A stretch of DNA of 21,344 bases. It comes from a phage. Positions 7,540-14,389 of the stretch are shown here, piece after piece; within the stretch, counting starts at the first letter, position 1; the number at the start of each line of letters is the position of its first letter. The notes beneath the pieces were generated by a model. That model had not been told where the DNA came from. It made no database searches and saw nothing but the letters and a program-made list of their open reading frames with translations. The translations under genes were made by a program, and so were the position numbers. The DNA is taken from NCBI GenBank assembly GCA_014630515.1, contig GCA_014630515.1_4091.1; one strand, given 5' to 3'.

Positions 7540-7567
7540 ATTATACACTTTATTCAGTACTGTGCAA
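7540..7567 (-). promoter_or_regulatory. early sigma70-type promoter with 5' stem-loop
   Basis: minus strand TTGCAC, 16 bp, TATAAT. Confidence 0.55.
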
Positions 7568-7574
7568 GTACTTT

Positions 7575-7787
7575 TTAATCTTTCAGCCAATGATCCTGAA
7601 TGAATTTTTCACCGAAGCCTTGCTGCATGGATTGTAACAGTCGTTCACGGTGAGCGGCGGCAAATTGCTCAGTACTATGCGTTACACCTGGTTGATATCT
7701 GGATTCACCATTGGGGGCGATGTATTGTACATCCCACGGTTTAGCGTTAGTATCAGACCATTTACGAACGATTAGTTGACCTTGCAT
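7575..7787 (-). CDS. hypothetical protein (70 aa)
   Basis: ATG 7785-7787; AGGAA SD; track start lies in leader. Confidence 0.65.
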   Translation of the reverse strand: MQGQLIVRKWSDTNAKPWDVQYIAPNGESRYQPGVTHSTEQFAAAHRERLLQSMQQGFGEKFIQDHWLKD

Positions 7788-7837
7788 TTTTCTTTCCTCA
7801 GTACTGGGGAGAATCATTTCTCCCCTTCATGTAACTT

Positions 7838-7865
7838 ATTATACAGTACTGGATTGCATTGTCAA
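7838..7865 (-). promoter_or_regulatory. early sigma70-type promoter with 5' stem-loop
   Basis: minus strand TTGACA, 16 bp, TATAAT; leader hairpin GGGGAGAA-atgatt-CTCCCC. Confidence 0.6.
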
Positions 7866-7871
7866 TAGTTT

Positions 7872-8195
7872 TTATTCACCTTGTTTGAATTTAGTTTTCT
7901 GCATTGATTCCATGATTGCAACTAGTACCGCATGAATCTCGCTTAACGCGGAATCACTGAAAGCATTAATGAATAGTCGATCATTCTCGCGAATATTTTT
8001 AATGTACTTTTCAGCAGTAGTTGCGAATTCATTCAACGGTAGATCAAATGCTTTATCCCATGATGGATGGCGTAATTGTAACAGTACTGGATTATCACGG
8101 TCACCAGGTGAGAAAGTGCCTGTAATGAAACATACACCTGGGATACTTTCGAATTGACAACGGACTTCTTTTGTGATAGTAGTGTGAATATACAT
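7872..8195 (-). CDS. hypothetical protein (107 aa)
   Basis: ATG 8193-8195; AGGAA SD 8 nt upstream; 25-nt gap to 8221..8409, so co-transcribed. Confidence 0.7.
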   Translation of the reverse strand: MYIHTTITKEVRCQFESIPGVCFITGTFSPGDRDNPVLLQLRHPSWDKAFDLPLNEFATTAEKYIKNIRENDRLFINAFSDSALSEIHAVLVAIMESMQKTKFKQGE

Positions 8196-8220
8196 TTATC
8201 GTTTTCCTATTGAGTTAATA

Positions 8221-8409
8221 TTACATATTTTTAATTAATTCTTTATCTAAGCGATAGCGTACATTATTAATGGTAACAGCATTATTTTTAATGCTACGCT
8301 GTACTGGCCCACCAGCAAGAACAAACGTTGCTTTATTGCCCCGAACTATGATAGCACTTCCAGGATTACCGAAATCATCTTGTACTAAAATACTTGATAA
8401 GTTTTCCAT
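8221..8409 (-). CDS. hypothetical protein (62 aa)
   Basis: ATG 8407-8409 lies 8 nt after GAGGA; the ATG at 8413-8415 is too close to the SD. Confidence 0.6.
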   Translation of the reverse strand: MENLSSILVQDDFGNPGSAIIVRGNKATFVLAGGPVQRSIKNNAVTINNVRYRLDKELIKNM

Positions 8410-8455
8410 TTTCATTTCCTCTTAGTAGGGGAAGACGTTTCCTCTTGATGTAAGT

Positions 8456-8484
8456 ACTATAACAGTACTGAAAACTAAATGCAA
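8456..8484 (-). promoter_or_regulatory. early sigma70-type promoter
   Basis: minus strand TTGCAT, 17 bp, TATAGT. Confidence 0.5.
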
Positions 8485-8487
8485 GTA

Positions 8488-8844
8488 CTATGATAAAATC
8501 ATGATAGGATATTCACTATCGATCAGTACCTCGAATCCAAAACCTTCGTACCATTCTTTAAGATTAAAGGCGTTATCTTCTCCCGTATCGCATTCTAAGA
8601 TGATACAATCTGAATCATCGGCGGCATCGATAAAGGCATTCATTAATTCGTTACCTTCACCATTGCCCCGACTATCAGGATCAACATAAAGAGAATCAAT
8701 AAACGCTACACGGTCATAATCAAGATCCGGTGCAATGATTCCACGTTTAACAAACCAGTACTGCAATTGTGCTACTTTGCCCTGTACTTGATAACCAGTG
8801 ATCTCGCCATTGTCAGTAGTACGCGTGATATGATGTATTCCCAT
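8488..8844 (-). CDS. GNAT-family N-acetyltransferase-like protein (118 aa)
   Basis: ATG 8842-8844; AGGAT SD; translation has GNAT motif-A-like YVDPDSRGNGEGNELM and C-terminal WYEGFGFE. Confidence 0.6.
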   Translation of the reverse strand: MGIHHITRTTDNGEITGYQVQGKVAQLQYWFVKRGIIAPDLDYDRVAFIDSLYVDPDSRGNGEGNELMNAFIDAADDSDCIILECDTGEDNAFNLKEWYEGFGFEVLIDSEYPIMILS

Positions 8845-8873
8845 GATTTCTATCCTCAGTTAAGATATAAAAC

Positions 8874-8901
8874 ATTATACACTATCTTTCAGTACTGTCA
8901 A
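8874..8901 (-). promoter_or_regulatory. early sigma70-type promoter
   Basis: minus strand TTGACA, 16 bp, TATAAT. Confidence 0.6.
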
Positions 8902-8908
8902 TTACTTT

Positions 8909-9166
8909 TTATCTCATAGATCTATGCCAACAATTACGCGGATCTCTTTTAAAAGTACTATCATGATCCTCCTGGCAAGTGATACAGTACTTACACCCCT
9001 TAACGGCCTGGCGGCGATTCTCAGGGATTTTATCGCCGCAGTCGAGGCAATGTATCAGTGATTCTATTTGTGCGTTAATTTGCGTTCTAGCGTGGTTAAC
9101 AGCGGCCTGAATCACTGCGTTAATCTCGTCTTGCTCGGCCCCATCTTTTGTGAATCCTACAGCCAT
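8909..9166 (-). CDS. TraR/DksA-family C4 zinc-finger protein (85 aa)
   Basis: ATG 9164-9166; translation has CLDCGDKIPENRRQAVKGCKYCITCQ (CxxC, 17 residues, CxxC with conserved Arg). Confidence 0.65.
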   Translation of the reverse strand: MAVGFTKDGAEQDEINAVIQAAVNHARTQINAQIESLIHCLDCGDKIPENRRQAVKGCKYCITCQEDHDSTFKRDPRNCWHRSMR

Positions 9167-9464
9167 TATTTTAACCTCATTATAAAAATACTATAGTACT
9201 GTAACGCGACAAGTATATTACTTGTTCTTACTTTTTCCAATCCATACGACACGACATATTCATCCCCATATGTGCGGATCACCACACCATGAAAATTTTT
9301 ATACACTTCCACTACTAATCATAACCTTTCGTCTAACCAACTGCATAGAATTATACTACTTTACGCAAATTGATCAAGTATTGATCAGATCATTTTTTGA
9401 TCAATATTAGACAGCTACATTTGTGCACCCTATGGGTTAGTGACGTTCTCGTCTTGATGTAAGT

Positions 9465-9493
9465 ATTATGCCAGTACTGGCATAATTTGTCAA
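9465..9493 (-). promoter_or_regulatory. sigma70-type promoter followed by conserved leader motif (element E)
   Basis: minus strand TTGACA, 17 bp, CATAAT; leader 9421-9460 carries the GCACCCTATGGGTTAGTGAC core; the nearest downstream gene is ~290 nt away. Confidence 0.5.
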
Positions 9494-9497
9494 TAGA

Positions 9498-9695
9498 TTA
9501 TTTTAACTTTTTTCTGTCATTGATTAATGCTTTCAGTACTATACTAATAACTTGCAATGATTCATCAATGACTATGAAATTATTCTCTTTCATTAGATGA
9601 TAGTTACCATTGATTGTATATTCTAATGAGTATTGTTTACGTTTAATTTTTGATAATGTATCAATTTGTTTTTGTACTGATTTCATGCTAATCAT
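9498..9695 (-). CDS. hypothetical protein (65 aa)
   Basis: ATG 9693-9695; AGGA SD 9 nt upstream; no clear own promoter. Confidence 0.55.
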   Translation of the reverse strand: MISMKSVQKQIDTLSKIKRKQYSLEYTINGNYHLMKENNFIVIDESLQVISIVLKALINDRKKLK

Positions 9696-9758
9696 TGTTA
9701 AACGTCCTGTAATGCATTCTAACGAGTTAAACGGTTTAGTACTGGCATTGTATAGGGT

Positions 9759-9794
9759 AAATGATTAAAGCCCACCAGCGTTAACCAGTGGGCT
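9759..9794 (-). terminator. rho-independent terminator (minus strand)
   Basis: minus strand AGCCCAC-loop-GTGGGCT (7-bp stem) followed by TTTAATCATTT; 3 nt after stop of 9801..9944. Confidence 0.55.
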
Positions 9795-9800
9795 ATATTC

Positions 9801-9944
9801 TTACATCTTGCGGATAATCTTAACAGTATCTTTCACCGATTTACCGTTTTGCTGGCATTGCTCGATCATCGCGTATTGTTCTGCGGTCAGATCCTCGCCA
9901 GTTTTTGCCAGTACTGCGTCGATGAATGAATCCAGTGCGATCAT
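9801..9944 (-). CDS. hypothetical small protein (47 aa), not in ORF track
   Basis: ATG 9942-9944; AAGAGAG SD; own promoter 9989-10016; stop TAA 9801-9803. Confidence 0.55.
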   Translation of the reverse strand: MIALDSFIDAVLAKTGEDLTAEQYAMIEQCQQNGKSVKDTVKIIRKM

Positions 9945-9988
9945 TTTGTTTCTCTCTTAGGTTAAGTTAACTACTGTTTATAAAACTT

Positions 9989-10016
9989 ATTATACAGTAC
10001 TATCAATCATTGTCAA
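9989..10016 (-). promoter_or_regulatory. early sigma70-type promoter
   Basis: minus strand TTGACA, 16 bp, TATAAT. Confidence 0.6.
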
Positions 10017-10043
10017 TAGATTTAATAGTACTGGTAATATATT

Positions 10044-10223
10044 TTAGCGGTAGTCGTCGTATGCTTTATTCACCTGGCGAATGTAACTTTCAAAGGCTTC
10101 GTCTACCGTTTCATACTCCCGAACATAATCACCATAGGAAACTACATACATCCCTTTTTGATCTTCAAACGTCATGATGATAGAATCCAGGCCGATGATT
10201 TCAGTTTTTGCGATAATAGCCAT
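10044..10223 (-). CDS. hypothetical protein (59 aa), paralog of 14113..14325
   Basis: ATG 10221-10223; AAGGA SD; track start 10295 lies in promoter; shares MAII start and Y.VS...Y....VD.A..Y block with 14113..14325. Confidence 0.6.
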   Translation of the reverse strand: MAIIAKTEIIGLDSIIMTFEDQKGMYVVSYGDYVREYETVDEAFESYIRQVNKAYDDYR

Positions 10224-10266
10224 TTTAGTATTCCTTAAATTAATATGCGTTGTCTTGATAAAAGTT

Positions 10267-10295
10267 ATTATGCCAGTACTATCAAACGTTGTCAA
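10267..10295 (-). promoter_or_regulatory. sigma70-type promoter (CATAAT subtype)
   Basis: minus strand TTGACA, 17 bp, CATAAT; same cassette as 14065-14093 and 14361-14389. Confidence 0.55.
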
Positions 10296-10314
10296 TAGTA
10301 CTGTGATAATATTT

Positions 10315-10527
10315 TTAGTTAATGATAGTCAGTGTAAAATTGTAATCCCCTGCCTGGTATAGTACTTTATCGCCGAACGTGCCAACACGTTTCATATTGC
10401 AATAGATACCCATAACACTTTTTACATCTTTGATATTCCGAACACCTGTGATATCCTTGTTGAAATTTTCATGATCAGAAAATAAAACTTGTTTTGCATT
10501 TTTCAGTACAGTGCGGATATTAGCCAT
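10315..10527 (-). CDS. hypothetical protein (70 aa)
   Basis: ATG 10525-10527; GAGGA SD; track start lies in leader. Confidence 0.65.
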   Translation of the reverse strand: MANIRTVLKNAKQVLFSDHENFNKDITGVRNIKDVKSVMGIYCNMKRVGTFGDKVLYQAGDYNFTLTIIN

Positions 10528-10577
10528 TTTGTTTTTCCTCTTAGTGGGGAGAATCATCTCTCCCCTTGATGTAAACT

Positions 10578-10605
10578 ATTATACAGTACTATAATCTATT
10601 GTCAA
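10578..10605 (-). promoter_or_regulatory. early sigma70-type promoter with 5' stem-loop
   Basis: minus strand TTGACA, 16 bp, TATAAT; leader hairpin GGGGAGAG-atgatt-CTCCCC. Confidence 0.6.
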
Positions 10606-10618
10606 ACTATTTTTTATA

Positions 10619-10957
10619 TTATTCGAAATCTTCTGGACCGGACTGATAATCATCTTCACCGTATGCACTTTCTAACTTCTCACCAGTGCAATCATCAGTT
10701 AGTGAGTCATCCTCATAGTTCACGTCTACGCCAGTGATGTAAAACTGGCTATCGTCTGGATCATTGAAATTAATTTTTTGGATGTTTACAATAACTGTAT
10801 TGATACCCAGGACACCGCCATCAGCCGTTACAAAGTACTGATAGTTTTCGCAACCGCCTGAATTGAAACCGTAATTAATTTCGGCCCGACCATCATTTAA
10901 ACGCAGTGCCTGGGCGATGAATTCGTTTTCAAAGTTAGATTGAGCGATTGAGATCAT
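10619..10957 (-). CDS. acidic protein (112 aa)
   Basis: ATG 10955-10957; AAGGAA SD; C-terminal third is Asp/Glu-rich. Confidence 0.7.
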   Translation of the reverse strand: MISIAQSNFENEFIAQALRLNDGRAEINYGFNSGGCENYQYFVTADGGVLGINTVIVNIQKINFNDPDDSQFYITGVDVNYEDDSLTDDCTGEKLESAYGEDDYQSGPEDFE

Positions 10958-11021
10958 TTTGTAGTTCCTTGTTTGCTTAAGATGGGACTATTATATAATA
11001 GCCCCGTTGTGTTGTCTAGTA

Positions 11022-11489
11022 CTATTTTACGTTAATTTCTAAGTACTGCTCTTTGATGTTTTCCTGTTGGTAAATCTCGTTTAATGCTTTAAGATCTAAC
11101 ACCTGTTTACCTGCGGCCCGAATATACTTGTTAAGAGTCGCTAACAGCTTCTCAGGCGTGTTTGTAGTCTTACGGGTAGGGATTTTGTCATGTCCCATCG
11201 CGTAGTACTGTTTACGTGGAATAGTACTGATAACGCTGCGGTACGGTTCCATGATCAGCTTGTCTGTGTATTCGTCGCTATCCCCGAACTTCATACCGTG
11301 GATCGCAAAGGTCATCATCATGCGGTCGTTATCGCGGATATTGTGGGGGCAGTCGGCAAGCTCGCGAGTCAGTGACATAGTGATCCCCACGTCGCCACCC
11401 AGCGGTAAAGGTCGGGCGATAAAGAAACCGTTAGGGAATACTTTCAGGAAGTTTTCTTGTACTGCTGCGACGAATTCGATGCTATTCAT
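11022..11489 (-). CDS. hypothetical protein (155 aa)
   Basis: ATG 11487-11489; AGGAA SD 7 nt upstream; leader hairpin GGGGAAA-cgg-TTTCCCC. Confidence 0.7.
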   Translation of the reverse strand: MNSIEFVAAVQENFLKVFPNGFFIARPLPLGGDVGITMSLTRELADCPHNIRDNDRMMMTFAIHGMKFGDSDEYTDKLIMEPYRSVISTIPRKQYYAMGHDKIPTRKTTNTPEKLLATLNKYIRAAGKQVLDLKALNEIYQQENIKEQYLEINVK

Positions 11490-11541
11490 AATTCATTTCC
11501 TTAGTTACCAGGGGAAACCGTTTCCCCTTGCTATGTAAAAC

Positions 11542-11569
11542 ATTATACTTGATTCTAAGTACAATGCAA
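11542..11569 (-). promoter_or_regulatory. early sigma70-type promoter with 5' stem-loop
   Basis: minus strand TTGCAT, 16 bp, TATAAT. Confidence 0.6.
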
Positions 11570-11589
11570 GTACTTTTTGCAAAATACTT

Positions 11590-11772
11590 TTAATCTCTTT
11601 GATACTCACATAACGCCATATCATACGCAATTGACGCTGATTTGAAATCATCGTGACGCTCAATCTCTTTCATGTCTACATAGATGATCCATAGGTTTAC
11701 GTCTTCCTGGCGTATGATAACGGCAGGTTTACCGATGATATGTGATGCCGCTAGTTCGATTGGTTTAAACAT
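11590..11772 (-). CDS. hypothetical protein (60 aa)
   Basis: ATG 11770-11772; AAGGAG SD 8 nt upstream; transcribed from the promoter inside repeat element D. Confidence 0.65.
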   Translation of the reverse strand: MFKPIELAASHIIGKPAVIIRQEDVNLWIIYVDMKEIERHDDFKSASIAYDMALCEYQRD

Positions 11773-11805
11773 TGTAGTACTCCTTATTAGATTGATATAT
11801 TTTAT

Positions 11806-11892
11806 TTACACTTCCGCACCCGGTGGGCTAGTGAGCTATCTCTCAATGAATATATAATAGCAAAATGGCTGACCGAAGTCAACCACTTTTTT
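11806..11892 (-). repeat. repeat element D: conserved leader motif, embedded promoter, variant hairpin
   Basis: core GCACCCGGTGGGCTAGTGAG; hairpin TGGCTGACCGAAGTCAACCA with compensatory changes relative to A-C; T6 on plus strand; minus-strand TTGACT, 17 bp, TATTAT (11854-11882). Confidence 0.6.
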
Positions 11893-12029
11893 CATTTATT
11901 TTTAGCTTTCAGAATCGCCGCCTTTCGCGTCATGCCTTGCTTGATGTACTCCTTTACTTTCGCTTTACGTGCTTTCGCTTTATCTGCTTTCGTTTTAGGA
12001 GTACTGTAAATTAAACCGTTAGGATTCAT
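11892..12029 (-). CDS. lysine-rich small protein (45 aa), not in ORF track
   Basis: ATG 12027-12029 directly follows TAA of 12030..12119 (TAAATG); about one third Lys/Arg; stop TGA 11892-11894. Confidence 0.45.
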   Translation of the reverse strand: MNPNGLIYSTPKTKADKAKARKAKVKEYIKQGMTRKAAILKAKNK

Positions 12030-12119
12030 TTAAATCACCATAAAGAATAGATAGGTTACTAACAATGCCGCGATCAATGCACCGACCAGGGCCGAACTGT
12101 AATAAGCTAATGATTTCAT
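12030..12119 (-). CDS. small hydrophobic membrane peptide (29 aa), not in ORF track
   Basis: ATG 12117-12119 overlaps TGA of 12116..12268 (ATGA); translation MKSLAYYSSALVGALIAALLVTYLFFMVI has one predicted transmembrane helix. Confidence 0.45.
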   Translation of the reverse strand: MKSLAYYSSALVGALIAALLVTYLFFMVI

Positions 12120-12268
12120 TTTTTAGCCTGAAAGTAATGTTTAATTTGTGCGGCTGTCAGTGCACAATTACGCAGGAAGTTTTCTGTATAACTCCTACGA
12201 GTACTGAAAGAAAATTGACCTTTGCCGTTGCCGATAGTAACATCAAACCGAGCGTTGTATTGTTTCAT
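12116..12268 (-). CDS. hypothetical protein (50 aa)
   Basis: ATG 12266-12268; AGGAG SD 7 nt upstream; track start 12298 lies in leader. Confidence 0.6.
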   Translation of the reverse strand: MKQYNARFDVTIGNGKGQFSFSTRRSYTENFLRNCALTAAQIKHYFQAKK

Positions 12269-12318
12269 TTTGATTCTCCTAGTATCGGGGAGAATCATTC
12301 CCCCCCTCTATGTAAACA

Positions 12319-12346
12319 ATTATACAGTACTGAAAACTAATTGCAA
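12319..12346 (-). promoter_or_regulatory. early sigma70-type promoter with 5' stem-loop
   Basis: minus strand TTGCAA, 16 bp, TATAAT. Confidence 0.6.
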
Positions 12347-12349
12347 GTA

Positions 12350-12496
12350 CTATTTTTTAGATTTACGCAAACTTTCTACCATCTCAGGAGTAAGGTCCGG
12401 CGGGTAGGAAACCACTTCATCAACGAAACGTAAAGGGAATACCCCAGCGAAAGGTGAACATGCTTTCTTAGTATTACTCTTTTTTGATGCTTTCAT
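12350..12496 (-). CDS. hypothetical small protein (48 aa), not in ORF track
   Basis: ATG 12494-12496; AAGGA SD 7 nt upstream; stop TAG 12350-12352. Confidence 0.55.
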   Translation of the reverse strand: MKASKKSNTKKACSPFAGVFPLRFVDEVVSYPPDLTPEMVESLRKSKK

Positions 12497-12547
12497 TTCA
12501 TATTCCTTAATTAGTGGGGAGTACTATTTCTCCCCTTCATGTAAAAC

Positions 12548-12575
12548 ATTATACAGTACTGAAAACTAATTGCAA
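12548..12575 (-). promoter_or_regulatory. early sigma70-type promoter with 5' stem-loop
   Basis: minus strand TTGCAA, 16 bp, TATAAT. Confidence 0.6.
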
Positions 12576-12578
12576 GTA

Positions 12579-12821
12579 TTATTTTAAACTTTGTGCGACT
12601 AATTTCGCACGGTCAATCATATACTGCCATTTTTGGATCTCTTCTGGTAGAAAACGATATTCACCAATAACAATAGTGATACACTTTTCAGCCTGGTCAA
12701 TGTATGTAGTATCAATCTCGACTTGAACGGGTACACGTTCGCCGTAATCAGTGCCAGGGATAATGCAATCATTATCATAAGTAACAGTAGTTGCAGTGTC
12801 TTTGATTAAAATTGTTTCCAT
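12579..12821 (-). CDS. hypothetical protein (80 aa)
   Basis: ATG 12819-12821; weak GAGAG-type SD. Confidence 0.6.
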   Translation of the reverse strand: METILIKDTATTVTYDNDCIIPGTDYGERVPVQVEIDTTYIDQAEKCITIVIGEYRFLPEEIQKWQYMIDRAKLVAQSLK

Positions 12822-12875
12822 TATACTTTCTCTCTTTGAGTGAGGCGGGAACTATTCCCGCTCTCGATGTAAACA

Positions 12876-12903
12876 ATTATACAGTACTGAAAACTAATTG
12901 CAA
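12876..12903 (-). promoter_or_regulatory. early sigma70-type promoter with 5' stem-loop
   Basis: minus strand TTGCAA, 16 bp, TATAAT; leader hairpin GCGGGAA-ctatt-CCCGC. Confidence 0.6.
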
Positions 12904-13103
12904 GTATTATTTTCTAAAAAATGATTGTATGCTGCATCAACCACTCTTTCGATAACATACGCCAACGGCACGTATCCAACTACATGACTACAATAGAAAG
13001 GACTACGATTAGAATCATCGTATGCAAATACTTTACCAGGTACGGCATCAATCACATACATATTAACCTTTAAGATGTCAATCTTATCCTGTACAGTAAG
13101 CAT
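12894..13103 (-). CDS. hypothetical protein (69 aa)
   Basis: ATG 13101-13103 lies 1 nt after TAA of 13105..13275; track start is a TTG inside the upstream gene. Confidence 0.55.
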   Translation of the reverse strand: MLTVQDKIDILKVNMYVIDAVPGKVFAYDDSNRSPFYCSHVVGYVPLAYVIERVVDAAYNHFLENNTCN

Positions 13104-13104
13104 A

Positions 13105-13275
13105 TTACGCCGCCTTATCAGTACTGGCAACCGGACGGATACGGGCCATCGCCTGGGCTTGTTCTACGCTGTATTGTTCGTATAGTCTGCATTCTTCCGG
13201 TGTAGGAATAGCATCAATACGTTTCATTGGTTTAATGATGCTTTCAACTTCATTCAGTACTTGATTAACGTTCAT
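13105..13275 (-). CDS. hypothetical small protein (56 aa), not in ORF track
   Basis: ATG 13273-13275; GAGGA SD 7 nt upstream; stop TAA 13105-13107; the overlapping track ORF 13272..13502 is in another frame. Confidence 0.55.
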   Translation of the reverse strand: MNVNQVLNEVESIIKPMKRIDAIPTPEECRLYEQYSVEQAQAMARIRPVASTDKAA

Positions 13276-13326
13276 GGTATAATCCTCAATATAAGCGGCC
13301 TAAATCGACCGCTAACGATGTTTTGA

Positions 13327-13596
13327 TTAATAGGTGTATGGTTGACGCTCAAACAATGATTGCACGTTGTACGCCCCGCTAATGGGCTTTGCTGGTAAAT
13401 CAATTTTATATTGTTCACGCTTAAAAATAATAAAACGGCAATTGTTTTTAACATCAAAATTGATTGAACGTTCCAATAGCTTTCCTTCGTGTACAAATAC
13501 AAGATAACCGCTTGCTACTTGTTTTGTAGTACTGGTTGCAACCATAGACCGACGAACATGAGTACCTGCATCGATTAAAGTACTGATATTTTTCAT
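13327..13596 (-). CDS. hypothetical protein (89 aa)
   Basis: ATG 13594-13596; AGAGGA SD 7 nt upstream. Confidence 0.7.
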   Translation of the reverse strand: MKNISTLIDAGTHVRRSMVATSTTKQVASGYLVFVHEGKLLERSINFDVKNNCRFIIFKREQYKIDLPAKPISGAYNVQSLFERQPYTY

Positions 13597-13634
13597 TATA
13601 CTATCCTCTTAAGTTAATTTAATTTCTTTCCCCT

Positions 13635-13671
13635 ATGCAGACACTATATCAAAGTATCTGCATAAAGTAAA
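13635..13671 (-). promoter_or_regulatory. atypical promoter overlapped by operator-like inverted repeat
   Basis: minus strand TTTACT, 17 bp, TATAGT; inverted repeat ATGCAGACAC / GTATCTGCAT (one mismatch) 13635-13662 spans the spacer and -10. Confidence 0.45.
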
Positions 13672-13676
13672 GCTAA

Positions 13677-14021
13677 TTAAAGATCTTTTTTGCGTTTAAC
13701 ATCAGTTACCGAACTGTAAACAGTGATATTATTGTCACGGCAAAAACGGGAAAGATAAGAACCGCGTAAAAACTCTTTACCTTCCATATTAATAACCTTG
13801 CTAAATTCTTCCATTGCTACAGTGTCAAAGTGATCCCCGTATCCATATTGGAACGGCACGTTTACTACTTCAATAAAATTACCATCAATTTCTACGTCTA
13901 CACTTAAAGAGAAATAAGTGTTACCATATGAAGCCTGGAACCAACGCCGAGCGGCAATATGTACAACTTCAACAGAAGACAGGTTGATATTTTGTGATGC
14001 GATAGTGTTGATGTTAGCCAT
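13677..14021 (-). CDS. hypothetical protein (114 aa), paralog of 6166..6489
   Basis: ATG 14019-14021; AAGGA SD; C-terminal DVKRKKDL. Confidence 0.7.
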   Translation of the reverse strand: MANINTIASQNINLSSVEVVHIAARRWFQASYGNTYFSLSVDVEIDGNFIEVVNVPFQYGYGDHFDTVAMEEFSKVINMEGKEFLRGSYLSRFCRDNNITVYSSVTDVKRKKDL

Positions 14022-14064
14022 TTTAGTATTCCTTAACTTAATATGTGTTGTCTTGATAAAATCT

Positions 14065-14093
14065 ATTATGCCAGTACTATCAAACTATGTCAA
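14065..14093 (-). promoter_or_regulatory. sigma70-type promoter (CATAAT subtype)
   Basis: minus strand TTGACA, 17 bp, CATAAT. Confidence 0.55.
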
Positions 14094-14112
14094 TAGTACT
14101 GTGATAATAATT

Positions 14113-14325
14113 TTACTTACTTTCTTTCGCTGCTTTATGTGTTGCCACTGCCATAACCACATCAGCACGAACAAAGTTAGCAACCGTATCAGTGTAATAT
14201 TTGATTGCATCGTCAACTTCTGCGAACGTCCGATACATACCACACCAAGATACTTTATAACCTGCTTTCACTTGTTCCAGCTTAACCAGTGTTTTGTTTA
14301 CTTTGATTTTAGTAATGATAGCCAT
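14113..14325 (-). CDS. hypothetical protein (70 aa), paralog of 10044..10223
   Basis: ATG 14323-14325; GAGGA SD 9 nt upstream. Confidence 0.65.
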   Translation of the reverse strand: MAIITKIKVNKTLVKLEQVKAGYKVSWCGMYRTFAEVDDAIKYYTDTVANFVRADVVMAVATHKAAKESK

Positions 14326-14360
14326 TTTTTTGTTTCCTCTTAGTTGTCTTGATAAAATCT

Positions 14361-14389
14361 ATTATGCCAGTACTATCAATCTATGTCAA
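14361..14389 (-). promoter_or_regulatory. sigma70-type promoter (CATAAT subtype)
   Basis: minus strand TTGACA, 17 bp, CATAAT; ~70-bp block repeated from 14040-14110. Confidence 0.55.

Noticed and set aside
13272-13502. Minus-strand track ORF 13272..13502 (76 aa)
   Set aside because: Overlaps 13327..13596 in a different frame and has no SD; the SD-supported genes 13105..13275 and 13327..13596 explain the region.
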